DNA of 63,597 nucleotides from Lama guanicoe (taxonomy: Eukaryota), in NCBI GenBank assembly GCA_013239625.1, contig MU053561.1, forward strand, positions 5,985,706 to 6,049,302, written 5' to 3'. Below the pieces are notes generated by a model that worked only from the letters and a program-made list of their open reading frames with translations, had not been told where the DNA came from and did not search any database. Each line of letters opens with the position of its first letter. Within the stretch, counting starts at the first letter, position 1. Of this stretch, positions 37,813-51,910 are shown in pieces. A program made the translations under genes and the position numbers.

Positions 37813-38861
37813 TAAAATAGAATGTAGAAGAGGACAAGAAAAACAGGGAGACCAATTAGAAGGGTAATAAAATAATCCAAGGGAGAGATAATGGTGATGG
37901 AGGCTAGGCTGTTAGCAGTGAAAATGATAAATGGTCAGATTTTCAATATATTTTGATGGTAGGATAGATAGGATTTGCTGATCACAGGAATCAGGGTATG
38001 AAATAAAGAGAAGAATCAAGTATTGCTCCAGGTTTTTGGCCTGAACAACTGAAAAAAACTGTCATTTACTGAGAGAAGAAGGAAAGGTTTTGGAAATGGG
38101 AGAGTAGGAGCCCGGTTTTAGATACGTTAAATTTGAGGTATCTTAAATTTCCAAGGAGGCAGCAGACTGTCTCATTTGGAGTTCAGAGGAGAGGCTTGGA
38201 CTGTTGATACAAAATCTGAGTCATCAACATAAAAATAGCATCAAAATTTGAGGTCTTTGGGAAGCAGACTTCAGTGATCAAGATGTTTGATAGAGAACGT
38301 CCCTGGTTCAACACCTCTGGAAGGCAGGAGGAAGCAGGACTGGCAGGGGGAGCTGAGTCACAACACAGGCCTGAGAGCCTCGGCTGATTCCATGGGGAGA
38401 TCTGGAGCTGAAACAGCCTGTCAGAGTTGTCCTGTGTGAGGTTAAACAGCAAGTCCTTTATACTCTTGCCTCAACCAGTTACTGAACATTGACCATCCCC
38501 AGACAGACATGGTCTTGGACAAAGTGGCTCTGTGTAGCTGAGGCAACACCTGAAAGGGCTGACTGCTGAAGGTTGTCCACTGATGGTACCCTTAGTAGCT
38601 GGGGCAAAAGTCCTTCCTTGAAGGGGTATCTGGGTGGTGCAGCACAGCATTTACCACTGATGGTATTTAAAATCCTAAGACTGCGTGAGCTCACCAAGAA
38701 AGCAATGCAGTTAGAGAAGGGGTACATCGGCAGGGATCTGGGGCAGTTTTAAGGATCAGAGGAATGAGAAGGAAAACAGCAGAAGGTATTAGGAGAAGCA
38801 GCTAGTGAAGTAGGAAAAAAGACGAGTGAGTGTGAGATCCTCGAAGCCAAGTCAAGGAAGT

Positions 38862-38930
38862 ACCACCACCACCGCCGCCACCACCACCACCAAGTACTAC
38901 CACTATTGCTACCACTACTGCTGCTGCTAA
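38862..38930. repeat. (CAC/TAC)n trinucleotide tract next to a MIR relic
   Basis: Read directly; MIR-like sequence follows (~38940-39120). Confidence 0.8.
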
Positions 38931-39582
38931 GACTACTGTCCTTAATACACTTTAATCTTCACAGCACTACGAATTAGATGATATTATCATTATCCCCAGG
39001 TTACAATGACAAACTCAAGTCACAGAGTTTGAAAGTCTTTCTCAAGGTTACACAGCTTTAGTGGTTGTGGAGCTGGGATTTTGAACTTGCGTTTGCTCAA
39101 GAGCCCACACTCCTGACTGCCTTACCACCTGGACTCCAAAGAACTATATAACATGCTGCCAACAGGTGAAGTAAAAGGCCAAGAAGCGACCATCAAATTT
39201 GGCAACATGAACTTAGCAAAGGCAGTGTGGGCGGAATATGGGCGTGAAAGAGTGAAGAGAGTAAATTCAAACACAGTACTATTCACAGAGTATTGAAATT
39301 ACCCATTTAGTTGTTTATCTCCCTGAATAAACATACTAGGGAATGGGACTGTGCTTTGTTTGCTTATATATAGAATCCAGCTCATAGTAGGTGCTAAACA
39401 GATAGACACTGAATGAACACAGGTTTATTTGTTCACTTACTTTTTTATTCAACAACAACAAAATTAATTCCTTTGTCTCCACTCCATCGTGTGTCCTCTT
39501 GACAGAATCCAATCCTACAAATGCTAGTTGAATCACTAATATGTTGAGAGGAGGATATGCAAATCTCTGTGTTTCTGGAGTC

Positions 39583-39620
39583 CGTGTGTGTGTGCGCGCG
39601 CGCGCATGTGTGCGCGCGTG
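39583..39620. repeat. Alternating purine-pyrimidine (TG)n(CG)n tract
   Basis: cgtgtgtgtgtgcgcgcgcgcgcatgtgtgcgcgcgtg. Confidence 0.9.
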
Positions 39621-42600
39621 AGCAGGCACACGAGTCTGTAGGTGATGAGAGCGTTTGGAGGTGCAGAGATCTTCTCAGCCAGGCCTCTTTGGTAGACGCC
39701 ATTCCATTTCTTCCAACTTGGGACTTGAGAAAGCAGCATGGAAGGCCAGGAGTTAACGTACTGGGTTATTTCCCCTTTTTCTCAGTCCTCCAATAATAAA
39801 CTTTAACTTCATTAGAAAAGAAGCCAAATAATCATGCCTGCTCCTTCACCTCTGGAACGGCTTTCCCCAGGCTGGAGCTGTGGGAAACCACCTTTACTTA
39901 GACAGACGTAACTGCTGCTGGCTGGTGGAAGCTGCACCTCCTTTGAGGCCCCTGCTCTGTGCATGCTGTAGGAGCTGCTTCCTACAAGGGCTGGACAAGG
40001 GGCTGAAGGCAGTGGTTCGGCTCTGCGTTTCTCCTTGGATGTTCTCCTTGCCATTTGGCTGCAATGGTTTCCAGTGACTAATGAAGTGACTGGTTAAAGC
40101 TTACTTTTCAATCAAAAAATCAATTCCAGCAAATAGTAAAGAGAGATGGAGGAGGGAGGAACAGTGATCAAACTCATTTAAGTACTAAGTTTCCTCTGCA
40201 GAAAATCAAATTGCTTGACAGAGGTAAGTGGCTTTTCCTTTTAGAATCAAATCAGTTTGGAGTTTTTCCCTTACAGTAGCTGGCCAGGAAATAGAAAAAT
40301 GGGCCCAGCTTCAGACAGCCGTACACCAGATGGCAGATGGCACAAGGGGAGACACAGTGGCTTGACAGACTTGGGTTACAACCTGGCTGTGACACTTACT
40401 AACTGTTTGACTTTAAGCCAGTTACTTAACATCCTGAACCTGGGTCCTGACCCATACAATAGAAAGGAGAGACGGCTTAATAACTTACTTTGTAAAATTT
40501 GAGTAACGGTTAGAGAAAAATGCATATGAACTCTTCGTATGCAACAGGCATGTAGTAAGTACTTATTGTTGTCATGTGTCTCTGGTTTGTGGGCTGAGTG
40601 TGAGCACAGACCTATCTGTGAGTGTGCAGAGCAGAATCTATGACACATGTGGGGGCAGGGTAAGTGCACGGTGCGGGAAGGTGAGCGGGCAGAGTGCGGC
40701 TCTGTCAGTGGAGCTCTGAGCATCTGTGTGGCCGTGATCTCTCTGTAGGTGAAGAAGCCCACATTCTCCATCCTTCTTGTAGAGTCTCCAGACAGGCTTG
40801 GGAGAAAACCTCAGAGGGGATTCTTCAAGGGTTGTCTGGGAATTGTGGGGCATGCTGCCCCTTCCCTCATAGCAGCAACAGCCCCCAGGCCCCATTGTCA
40901 TGCCTCCATCAGTTCCTGGTGGCTCCTTGAAAAGACTTCAAAGGAGAAACTTAAGACCAGGAAACTTACTTGCCATTCAGATTTTTAAATCTTGATGACA
41001 TAACCCTAAAGAACATGTCTGTGAATGATAATTAGTCTCTAGAGAGGAAGAGAGAAGAGAAGAGAGACACAGAGCTGTAGACAGCAGAACCAGCAGGGGA
41101 AACAGGTGAAGCTGGAAAAGACAAAGGAGTAAAAATAAAACATCAGTAAGCAGAAGGAGAGATGGAACTGGTGGAGGTGGGGATGTGACAGGCACTGTGA
41201 TAACGAGGTGTGACTGGTAGGTAACTGGCCAGGCTCTCCCCCCAACCTTTCCTGCTGGCACCCCTCACCCTCAGTCACTCATGTCTGAACTCCCTATTCC
41301 AACATTCTAACAGGAAGCACAAGAAACAAGTATTAGTTTAGTACTGGAAATATTAATACTATCTCATTTAATTCTCATAGTGAGGTAGGTGGGTAGGTAG
41401 TGAGGTACTTAGGTACTATTATCTCTGTAGGCGAGGAAATGGAGAATCCAAGGGATCACACAGCTGTAGGTACTGGAGTGAGGACTGACATCCCGTCTCC
41501 TGGCAACGGGCCAGACTCTTGCTATCCCTTGGCCTTGAAAGCTTGGTTTGTTGCCATCAAACTGATTCAACCATCATTTTATTCTGATTATCAAAGACAA
41601 TGCTTGCCAGAAATATAAAGAAATAAAGAAGACTAGGCAAAGAAAAGAAAAATTGCTTGAGAAACATAGTGATCTCTATTTTTCTTTTTTATGTTTACTG
41701 TACGACTTTGGTAAGGTGGGGGAAAAGTTGGAAAAAATTTAATTTTAATAAACCAAATTATCCTTCCTCCCAGCAACTTCCTCTAGTCTCCCCTTCCCTA
41801 CCTCTCTGGACAGCCTCGTCACGAATTTCAATCAGAGAGGAATCATGTACTTCCTTGTGCTGGGAAATCTCCCCTAAAATGTCTGGGATCTTTCCTCTCT
41901 TCTCACCCAGAGCAGAGGCATGTCCTTGTAGATGAGCCACAAAAATCTCAACAGAGACGCCGGGGAGGAGGGGACTCCCTAGAAAGGGATGGATATTAAG
42001 CGCTGCTCTTAGGTACTTAAATATCACTTGAGGCAGTGGAGGCAGAAGAAAATATGCTGCCAAGCATTGGTCAGGTTGTGACACCCGACAGGATGCTCGT
42101 ATCTCAGACAAGCTCGAGCCAAAGAGGAATTTATTAGCTCACGTACTAAAAAAGCCCAGAGGCACCCTCATTTCAGGCAAATCTGGATCAAGGACTCAAA
42201 GGATGTCATAACTCACTTTCTCTCCCTGCCTCATCCATGCTTTCCCCTCTGCTGGCTTCATTCTCATACTGGCTGATCCCATGCTGGGGCAAGGTGGCTG
42301 CCACCCGTCCTAGACTTCCATCTTTTTTACTTTCAGATCTAGAGGTAGAGAACTTATTATACTAACAGTCCAGAGAAAGTCCTAAAATTGAGTCTCATTG
42401 GCTCTAATTGGTCTAACTCAAGTCACATGGCCATCCTTAAATCAGTCAGTGCAGTCAAGGAGGTATTTTACCAGTCAGAGATGCCTTTGAGTGCAAACAA
42501 CAGAGAACTCGATAAAGCAAAGTGTAGTTCGTGCCCCTCGCATAAAAGGTATGTGGGATAGCGTCACTGCTGATGATTCAGTGGACTGACATTTTTGATA

Positions 42601-43069
42601 GTTCTTTGGCCTTTTCTTCACGATTGCAAGATGGCTGCTGCAGTTCCAAAAAATCACATGCTGGTACTAGGCAGGAAAAAAGACGCTATGGGTAGCAAAT
42701 GTCCCTCTTTGGGGAAGGCAAATCTTCCCCAAAAGTGCCCAGCAGACTTCTGCTCTCAGCTCACTGATCATAACTGGGTCACAAGGCTACTCCTACCCTC
42801 AAGGGAGGCTGGGGAGCCAAGTATTTGCTTGTCTAGACTCTCCAGTTGAGTTAGACTGGGAAGAAGGGGTTTGAGAATGAGCATTAGGTTGGCCAATTAA
42901 TGAATCTGCCCTAAATGTAATGCTCTGATTGGCCAGGCCTGGTTTACAAGTCCACTTCTGGAACTGGGGTGGACTCTTCTCTCCCAGGGCCAACGGACTG
43001 AGCATGACAGAGGAAGACTGGGTGCTATAAGCATAAAAGGAGGAATGGATAACCAGTCAGGCAAGAATT

Positions 43070-43239
43070 GGGGGGTATAGCTCAAGTGGTAGAGCGCATG
43101 CTTAGCAAGCATTACTAGGTCCTGGGTTCAATCCCCACTACCTCCATCCAAAAAACAAAAGACAAACTAATAATAAGTAAATAAACAGACCTAATGATCT
43201 CCCCCCACCAAAAAAAAATTTAAAAAATTAAAAACGAAA
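43070..43239 (+). mobile_element. tRNA-derived SINE (camelid Vic-1-like)
   Basis: A-box TAGCTCAAGTGG, B-box GGTTCAATCC, A-rich tail, 16-bp TSD aac(c/t)agtcaggcaaga at 43051-43066 and 43240-43255. Confidence 0.92.
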
Positions 43240-44625
43240 AACTAGTCAGGCAAGACTAAAAGCTATCCATTATATATGTTTAAGGCCAGCTTGTGATCTG
43301 GCCTCCTCAGAAGTACACAGGATCTATCACCAGCCCTAAGAAAGCAGAAGTTACCAGTGTTTACCTCAGCATTATCTTAGGTAACGTTTCAGGTTCCTTT
43401 CAATTCTAAAAGGTGAGGTAATAATAGCTACAACTGCATGAACACCTCCAATTTATTTGGTAATAGTTCACTTAAAAACTTCCTTTTTCTCTTTTCCTTT
43501 CCCCACTCAGAGCATGTTGGTATGTCAAGCACTACCCATTTTGTTTAGGAGGCTGTATTCAGATCAAGTAACTTATGCTGAGAATTAGTGTTAGATGCTT
43601 CTGCACAGATTATTTCATGAAGTGCTTACCACAGCAACCCATTTCCTGATGAGAAAATTGAGGTTAGACGACTTGTTCAAAGCCATGTGACCCATATGTT
43701 CCAAGTTAAGTGTCTCCTTACTCCAAGAATACCCCACCACAACTGCAGCCCGACCTCCTCAGGGCTGCCTGGGCCCATTCCAGTGGAATCAGGTCACTGA
43801 GGCAGTTTTTGAGTATTCCAGAAACTTTCTTTCCCTCCTTGTAAAAGTGATTGAAGTACCGATTACTGCTGGACTGAAGGCCCTGAGCCTCTCCCAGGGG
43901 CAATCCTCACCTTAATTTAAGTGTGGTTATTTAGGATGCCTTGCATGGGTTTTGTGACTTTTTCCAGCTGGATTCTCCAAGGAGTTCCAACTAGCCTAGT
44001 GCCCTGAAGCAAAACAAGCACTGGCCCCCCCAGCTTCTGACAATCCTCAGGGTGGTGGTGCCCTCCATAATGTGCAAAGAAACAGAACTGCTTCCTGCCA
44101 CCACAGCAGACAGCACAGAGCAGGGTGTTCCCAGGGAGAGATCAGAAAGACTAATGTGTCAAGCCTGCTGGGCCTGGCTGCCAGGGGCCTCCTCTGATTC
44201 CTGAGTGTGGCATTCCAGGGTGGGGGTAGGAGTGCATTTTCCTAATTCCTTCCTTGGCAGAAACTCAGCTCTCTGAATAGAGCTGCTTCTGCCACTGCTG
44301 TGCACATAATATAAACTTCTTTTTAATGTATGTGTGGTTGACTAGGTAGATGGTAGCTCCTTTCTAAAAATCCAGATTGTAAAATTGTACAGATGAGTAG
44401 ATAATACAGTACACTCAATCAATGTATAATGCTCATCTCTTTGGGAGAAATTTTCTTCACGTTGCAATGATCGGTTGTACAATAACCAGCAAACACTTAC
44501 AGACACTTTTAGTATTTATTGTTAGTTGGGGAAGTTATGCTCAACTATTACATATATGAAAAAAATCTGAACTCTTATTACACACTATTTTGATTCCAAT
44601 TTAAAATGAAAAATGTCTAACATAC

Positions 44626-44664
44626 TTTCTTCCAGCTTTAGAATTAAAGTCTTTGAAGAGTGAC
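44626..44664 (-). pseudogene. Candidate 39-nt exon (xHSSKTLILKLEE or xSLFKDFNSKAGR)
   Basis: Acceptor gttgtaatttag, donor AAA|gtatgt; symmetric length. Confidence 0.4.
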
Positions 44665-45004
44665 CTAAATTACAACCTGAGTTATTTTTTAAACCTGCTA
44701 CTGTTTGTGACTACTTATTTTGATCAATCATCAATCATTTTAATACTGTGCAAGCAAAATAAAATGGAGGAATAAATTACTATGCAATATTCCAATTTCA
44801 AAATTATCTATTTATAATGATCAAAAGTTTACCCTGGTAAAGTCACTGACCTTAATAAGTTAATATTACAAATCATATGTATAAAATATATTCATTTAAG
44901 TTTTCCTGAAAAGAAAAATACTATCAACAAATATTGAGCTCTAGTTAGTGACATGTATGCCGAACTACTGAGAGAGGTTTACTGACGTTTGCAATTTCCT
45001 TTGA

Positions 45005-45562
45005 AAGATATATGCACACTGATGTTCACTGCAGCAGTACTTACAATAGCCAAGAAATGGAAACAACACAAGTGTCCATCAACAGATGAATGAACAAGAT
45101 GTGGTATGTATACACAATGGAATATTACTCAGCCATAAAGAAATGAAATCTTGCCATTTGCAACAACATGGATGATATAGGGGGTAACATATTAAGTGAA
45201 ATAAGCCAGACAGACAAAGACAAATACTGTATGTTATCAGTTATATGTGAAATCTGAAAAATAAAACAAATGAATAAATATAAGAAAAGAGAAACAGAAT
45301 CACATATACAAAGGTCCAACTAGTGGTTACCACTCGGGAGAGGGAAGTGGGTAGGGGAGGAAGAGGGGTAGGGAATCAAGAAGTACAAACTACTATGTAC
45401 AAAATAAATAAGCTACAAGGATATATTGTATAGCACAAGGAATATAGCCAATATTTTATAATAACCTTAAATGGAGTATAATCTACAAAAATATTGGATC
45501 ACTATGTTGTACACCTGAAACTAATATAATATTGTACATCAACTATATTTCAATTAAAAAAG
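45005..45562 (+). mobile_element. LINE-1 3' end
   Basis: atgttcactgcagcagtacttacaatagccaaga...acacctgaaactaatataatattgtacatcaactata; A-rich tail. Confidence 0.88.
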
Positions 45563-45564
45563 AA

Positions 45565-46958
45565 TGCATATGATGTCAAATAGACACATGAAAAGGTACT
45601 AAACATCATCAGTCATCAAAAAAATGTAAATTAAAACCACAATTAGGGACCATTTCCTATGCATCAGAATGGCCACAGTAAAAAAACTCTAACAATGTCA
45701 GATGGTAGCGAGAATATGGAACAACTTGACCTGTCATACATTGCTGGTAAAACAGTACAACACTCTGTAGAACTTAGTTGTTTCTAATAAATTTAAATAT
45801 ACCTTTACCCTACGACCTAATAATTCTACTTTGAGGTATCTACCAAAGAGAACTAAAAGCATGTATCTACACAAATAGTCACAGCAGTGTTTATTATAAA
45901 GGTCCCAAATTGGAAATAAATTAAAAGTACAAGAACAGAAGAATATGTTTAAAAAATTGTGGTGTGAAAGAAATAATTGATAAGCTTTACTTCAATAAAA
46001 TTAAAAACTTGGCCCTGCAAAAAGCAATCATATCAAGAGAATTAGAAGACAACCACAGACTGGGAGAAAATATTTGCAAAAGACGCAACTGACAAAGGAC
46101 ACAAAGAACTCTGAAAATTGAATAATAAGAAAATAACCTGATTTAAAAATAAGCCAAAGACCTTAACACCAAAGAAGATATACAAGTAGCAAATAACCAT
46201 ATAAAAAGATGCTCCATATCATATATTATCAGGGAAATGCAAATTAAAACAATAATAAGATACTACTGCACACCTATTAGATCAGCCAAAACCCAGAACT
46301 GTGGAGCAACAGGAACTCTTATTCATTGCTGGTGGGAATGCAAAATAGTACAGCCACTTTGGAAGACAGCTTGGTCCTTCCTTACAAAAGTAAACATACT
46401 CATACCACACAATCAGGCAATTGTGCTCCTTGGTATTTACCAAAAGGAGTTAAAAACTTATATCCATCTAAGAATAAGGTTTAGAGCAGCTTTATTCATA
46501 ACTGCTAAAGCTTGAAAGCAACCAAAATGTCCTACACTTGGTGTGTGGATATGTAAACAGTGGTACATCCAGACAATGGAATATTACTCAGCACTAAAAA
46601 GAAATGAGCTATCAAGCCATGAAAAGACATGGAAGAATTTTAAATGCATATTACTAAGTGAAAGAAGCCAATCTGAAAAGGCTATATATCATATGATTCC
46701 AACTATATGACATCATGGAAAAGGCAAAAATACGGAGACACTGGAAAGATCAATGGTTGCCAGGGATTGGAGGGTGGGGGTTGGAGAAGATGAAGAGAAC
46801 ACAGAAGATTTTTTAGAGCAGTGAAAATATTGTGTATGATAGTATAAAAAGATGGAGACATGTTGTCCAAAACCATAGATTGTACAACACCAGGAATAAA
46901 TCTTTAGGTAAACTATGAACTTTGGGTGGTTATGATGTGTCAGTGTAAGCTCATCCTT

Positions 46959-46995
<37 letters not shown>

Positions 46996-47500
46996 ACTCT
47001 GGTGAGTGACGTTGATAATGGGGAAGGCTATGCATGTGTAGGGGCAGCAGAGATATCGAAAACCTCTTTACCTTCCTCTAAGTTTTCCTGTAAACCTAAA
47101 ACTGCATTAAAAATTAAAGTCTTGAAAAAATTTGTGGTGCATTCATATAATGAAATACTACTCAGCAGTTAAAAGGAACATGCTACTGAAGTTATCAACA
47201 ACATGGATAAATCTTAGAAATATGCTGAGTAAAAGGAATCAGGCATAGAACAGTATATTACAATAGGATTTCATATATATGAAGTCCAGGACCAGGCTAA
47301 ACAAATCTATGAGGACAGAAATTAGAAACATGTTTCCTTGGAAAGAGAGGGAACAGACTGGAATGGGCAGGAAGAAACCTCCTGGGGTGATAGTGTGGTC
47401 TAGATCTTTTTTTTTCAGATGGTGGTTGCAGAGGAATATTGTCAAAACTCATTATATTGATTGCTTTAAGAGCTATATATGTAATTGTACCTTTAATGCC
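45565..47500 (+). mobile_element. Nested old L1M ORF2/3' fragments (poly-A 46962-46993)
   Basis: ORF 46237-46515 IHCWWECKIVQPLWKT; L1M 3'UTR motifs. Confidence 0.8.
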
Positions 47501-47978
47501 TGTTTAAGATGGGGAGGGGAGCAAGAGGCTGGAGGAGAAAATGTGTGATTGCTGTGCTCCAGCAGCTCCTGCCCTCAGCCCCATCTCCACCTCTTCTCTG
47601 GTAGCTGCCTAGGTTTGGGGGTGTTTTGCTTATTTGCTTTAAATTTGGGGGTAGATGAGAAAGAAGACAAATGCATGTGTTTTTACTGGATGTGGAGCCT
47701 GGCCATGGGAGTACACGTTTGGGTGACTGATGATCCCCGTGGAAGTGTTGTTTGAAATGGTGTGTGTTACTGACATCTGCCAATGAGTGTTTGGAGGAAT
47801 CTGGTGATAAGGGTAGGGCTAATGCAATCTTCTCCTAGAAAAACAAATTTTAATAGCTCTAAAAGTTTTTCCAAGCAATTTTTAGAGTTGGAATAGCATA
47901 TGTATGTTCAGACCCATCCTCATACCTTTAATATGAAAAATGTAGTTACTCAATGAATGTGATTTTCTAATTTCTTAC

Positions 47979-48018
47979 TTATACAATGTGACAGTCTCTT
48001 CAAATCAACAATGATTTG
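47979..48018 (-). pseudogene. Candidate 40-nt exon (QIIVDLKRLSHCI)
   Basis: Good donor TAA|gtaaga, weak acceptor tttcatcaaaag; phase 0 to 1 bridges 48295-48375 and 44626-44664. Confidence 0.33.
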
Positions 48019-48294
48019 CTTTTGATGAAATAATCACTACTTTTTAGAGCACCCAGATAATGAAAAGATTAAGCCTCATTTCATTTCGTTTCACACATTT
48101 CATTTCATTAGCTACTCTACATGACTTCTATTCCTCTGCTCTCAATCATATTCCTCTTTTAAAACAAGATGGGAGTGTAAATTAGATTCATCATCCTGTT
48201 TCTTTCAGCTGTATTTTACCATTAAAAAAATTTTTAAATTTTGCCAAAATAAGCATTGGTTTGAAGATATTTTCTCATGAAACATCCAAATTAC

Positions 48295-48375
48295 CTTTTT
48301 TTTTCCTTCAGAAGCTTCATGACAAGCTGATTTCTCATCTCTTTTCTTCTTTCTATCCTCTTCAGATAGTAAAAC
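48295..48375 (-). pseudogene. Candidate 81-nt exon (VLLSEEDRKKKRDEKSACHEASEGKKK)
   Basis: Acceptor tttttgttgttattgttgttgcag, donor AAG|gtaatt; purine-rich, symmetric, open in two frames. Confidence 0.5.
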
Positions 48376-48864
48376 CTGCAACAACAATAACAACAAAAAC
48401 AACCATATAAACCTTAAAATTTTAGTCAAACTTGCATGGGCCCAAAGTCAAAGAATATAAAATACTCAAAGGTTATCTTTTTGGCCCTGTGTCATTCCTG
48501 TTTTTCCACAATATATCACAACTTGTTAGGCATAGCCATAAGCAGTTCATTTTCAGATTATTTACCCAAAACAGCAAAATGACACAGTGCTCTAACATGT
48601 CTTAGAAAGGAAAGAAAGCTCTGCAATTAAGTAAGTTTCAGTTAATACATTTACGTATTTTGGACTACAGTGATAAAATTTATAATCATGACCAATGTGT
48701 AACATTTCAGTGCCTGACAAAATGCCAGTAGTATCCTAATGGATTAAATTATATACAGAAAACTTTGCTAATTTGAAGTATATGAAAGGGGATGCAAGGA
48801 AAGAATTTTATGTGAGCTCATTTATCTTTATTAAATAATAATAAGGAATCCGTCAATTTTACCA

Positions 48865-49045
48865 GAAGAGGAGGAAGATGAGGAGGAAAAGAAGAGAAAG
48901 ACAGGAAGGGGAAGAGGAGGAGAGAGGAGGGGAAGAGGAGATAGGAAGGGAAGAGGCAGAGGGAGAGAAGGAAGGGAAGGAGGAAGAAGGGAAGGCGGAA
49001 GAGGGAGAAAATGGGGAATGAGAGATAAAGTGACAAACAGAGAAG
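48865..49045. repeat. GA-rich low-complexity polypurine tract
   Basis: Read directly. Confidence 0.9.
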
Positions 49046-49089
49046 ATCCAAAATAAAAACTCTGAAAGGAAATTTTAAGTGCAGGGATT

Positions 49090-51905
49090 AGGTGAAGGTA
49101 CAGATGGTATAAGAAGTTAGGTGATGGATAACCTGGGAGATTATCATACTATTCTATTTACTTTGTATGTGTTTGAAATATTCCATAATAAAAGATTTTT
49201 CAAAAAAGAAAGCAAATAATGTAATTTACCATAATAACAGAATTAAGGAGACAAAGCATGTAATTATCTCAGTAAATACACAGATTGCATTTCATAAAAT
49301 TTAACGCTTGTTCATGATAAAAAAAAACTCTCTCAGCAAACTAAAATTTGAAAGGAAATTCACTGATCTGATAAGGCTGTATATAAAATCTTATAGCAGA
49401 CATCAAATATAACAGTGAAATATTTAACACTTTCCTCTAAAGTTGAAACAAAGCAAAGATGCCCATTCTAATCTCTACTATTTACCACTGTACTGGTGGT
49501 CTTACCCAGTACAGTAAGGCAAGAAAAAGGAAAGGGGATAAAAATTGTAAGAAAAAAGTAAAACTTTCTTTTTTGCAGGTAACATGATTGTGTACATAGA
49601 AAATCCAAGAAAATCTACAAATAAATTACCAGAAATAGTAAGTGAATCTGGTAAGGTTACAATATGTGAATTCAATATGCAAAATAAAATTTATTTCTAC
49701 TAGCAATGAACAATTCAAAAATTAAAATAAAACTATACTATTTTATAATAACTATTTTAAAATACTAATTTTAATAAAACTGTGCAAAACTTCTATATTA
49801 AAACAAGACATTGCTGAAAGAGACTAAAGGAGACCTAAACAGAGGAAGAAATATACCACATTCATGAATTAAAAGACTTAAATGTTAAGATGACAGTTCT
49901 CACCAATTGTCCTATAGAGTCAATGTAAGCCCAATTAAAACCCCCAGAGGGCTTCTTTGTTATTGAAATTGACAACTTACTTTAAAATCTATATGGAAAT
50001 GTATGGGACTCAGAATAGCTAAAACAATCCTAAAGAATGTGGCAAAGCTCTAGGGCAAACTTGACCTAATTTCAAGACTTACTAAAATAAAAAGCTACAG
50101 TAATGAAAGACAAGGTAGTAGTGGCATTAGAATGGACAAACAGATCAGTGCGACAGACCAGAGTCCAAAAATAGACCTCCACATGCATACCATACATTAA
50201 TTTTAACCAAATAACCAAAGGAATTCAGTGAAGGGAAGAAAAAGTTTTCCAATAAAAAGTGCTGGAACAACTGGATATCTGTGGGAGAAAAAAACTGAAC
50301 ACCAACTATCCCTCAACTTCACTGCATATTATACAAAAATTAATTTGAGACACATCATAGGCCTAAATGTGAAAGCTAAAATTCTAAATCTTTCAGAAGA
50401 AAACAGGTAAATATCTTGGTAGCCTGGGGGCAGAGGAATGAGACGTCAGGAAAATTTTTTCATATAGGACACAAAAAGCACTAACTGTAAAAACAAAAAC
50501 AAAACAGTGGATATGGGACGTCACCAAAATTTAAAACTCAGCAATAAAAAAGTATCAACTGAATACATACAACAGTAACACAGAGGAGACTCAGATATAA
50601 TGTTGAGTGAAAGAAGCCAGACACAAGCAGTGCATATTACACAATGTGTTTATAAATTTCAAGAACATAGAAAACTAATGTATACTGACAGAAATAAAAA
50701 TAGTCATTGCATTGGGCAAAGAGGAATGGGGGAATAACTGCAAAGCATGCCAAGGGAATTATCTTGGGCAACAAAAATGTTCTTTAACTTTCCCTGGATG
50801 AAAGTTACAGGGATGTATAAATTTGTCAAACTACATTCAGCTATACATTAAAGATCCTATGTAAAGTATACTTCAATAGAGTACATTTAAAAATAAATCG
50901 TTTTGCAAGTAATATATCTGGTAAAAAGGATTTGTATCCAGAATATATAGAGAACTCATCCAACTCAAAAATAAAAAGACAATCCCATTCAAAAATGGGC
51001 AAAGGATCTGTAGTACATTTCTCAAAGCCAACAAACACATAAAAAGATTCCAAGAAACACATAAAAAAATGCTCAATATCACTAGTCATTAGAGAAATGG
51101 AAATCAAAACCACAGTGAGATATCACCTCACACTAATTAAATGGCTATTATCAAAAAAACCCCAGAAAATGACAAGTGTTGGTGAGGATGTAGAAGAATT
51201 GGAACGCTTCAGCACTGTTGATGCAGCCACTATGGAAAACAGTATGACACTTTCTCAAAAAATTAAAAGTAGGTTTATATATGATGCAGCAACTCCATTT
51301 CTGGGCACATACCAGAATAACTGAAAAGAGAGTCTTGAAGAAATATTTGTATGTCCATGTTCACAGCAGTGTTATTCACAAAGCCAAATGGCAGAGGCAA
51401 CTCAAGGGTCCATCGACAAGTGAATGGACAAACAAAATGTGGTGTATATACAATGGAATATTAGTCAACCTTAAAAAGAAAGGAAATTCTGATACATGCC
51501 ACAACATGGATGAACTTTAAGGACATTATGCTAAGTGAAATAAGCCAGTCACAAAAAGACAAATACCACAGGATTCCATTAACACAAGTAACTAGAGTCA
51601 TCAAATTCATAGACAGAAAACAGAACGGTGGTTGAAGGGAGGGGAGAATGGGCATAGTTTCAGTTTTGCAAGGTGGAGTTTTGGAAATTGGTTGCACCAC
51701 AATGTGAATATACTTAACACTAATGAACTATATCCTTAAAAATCATTACAAAGGTAAATTTTATGTTTTATGTATTTTACCACAACTAAAAACAAAAATT
51801 GAAAAAGAGGGGAAAAACCTGTTTCAACATTTTAAGACAAACCACATGAGATACTACTTTATACTCATTACAATGGCAATAATAATAATAAAAATAACAA
51901 GCGTT
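49090..51905 (+). mobile_element. Stack of old L1M ORF2 and 3' fragments
   Basis: Degenerate ORF2 motifs (ttgcaggtaacatgattgtgtacatagaaaatcc; MEIKTTVRYHLT) and 3' ends. Confidence 0.8.
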
Positions 51906-51910
51906 GGATA

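Noticed and set aside
41380..41420. let-7-like TGAGGTAG seeds
   Set aside because: A local duplication in a MIR-like relic with no mature let-7 match and no hairpin.
43070..43145. tRNA gene
   Set aside because: A/B boxes are present, but it is followed by a SINE body, A-tail and TSD, so it is a SINE head.
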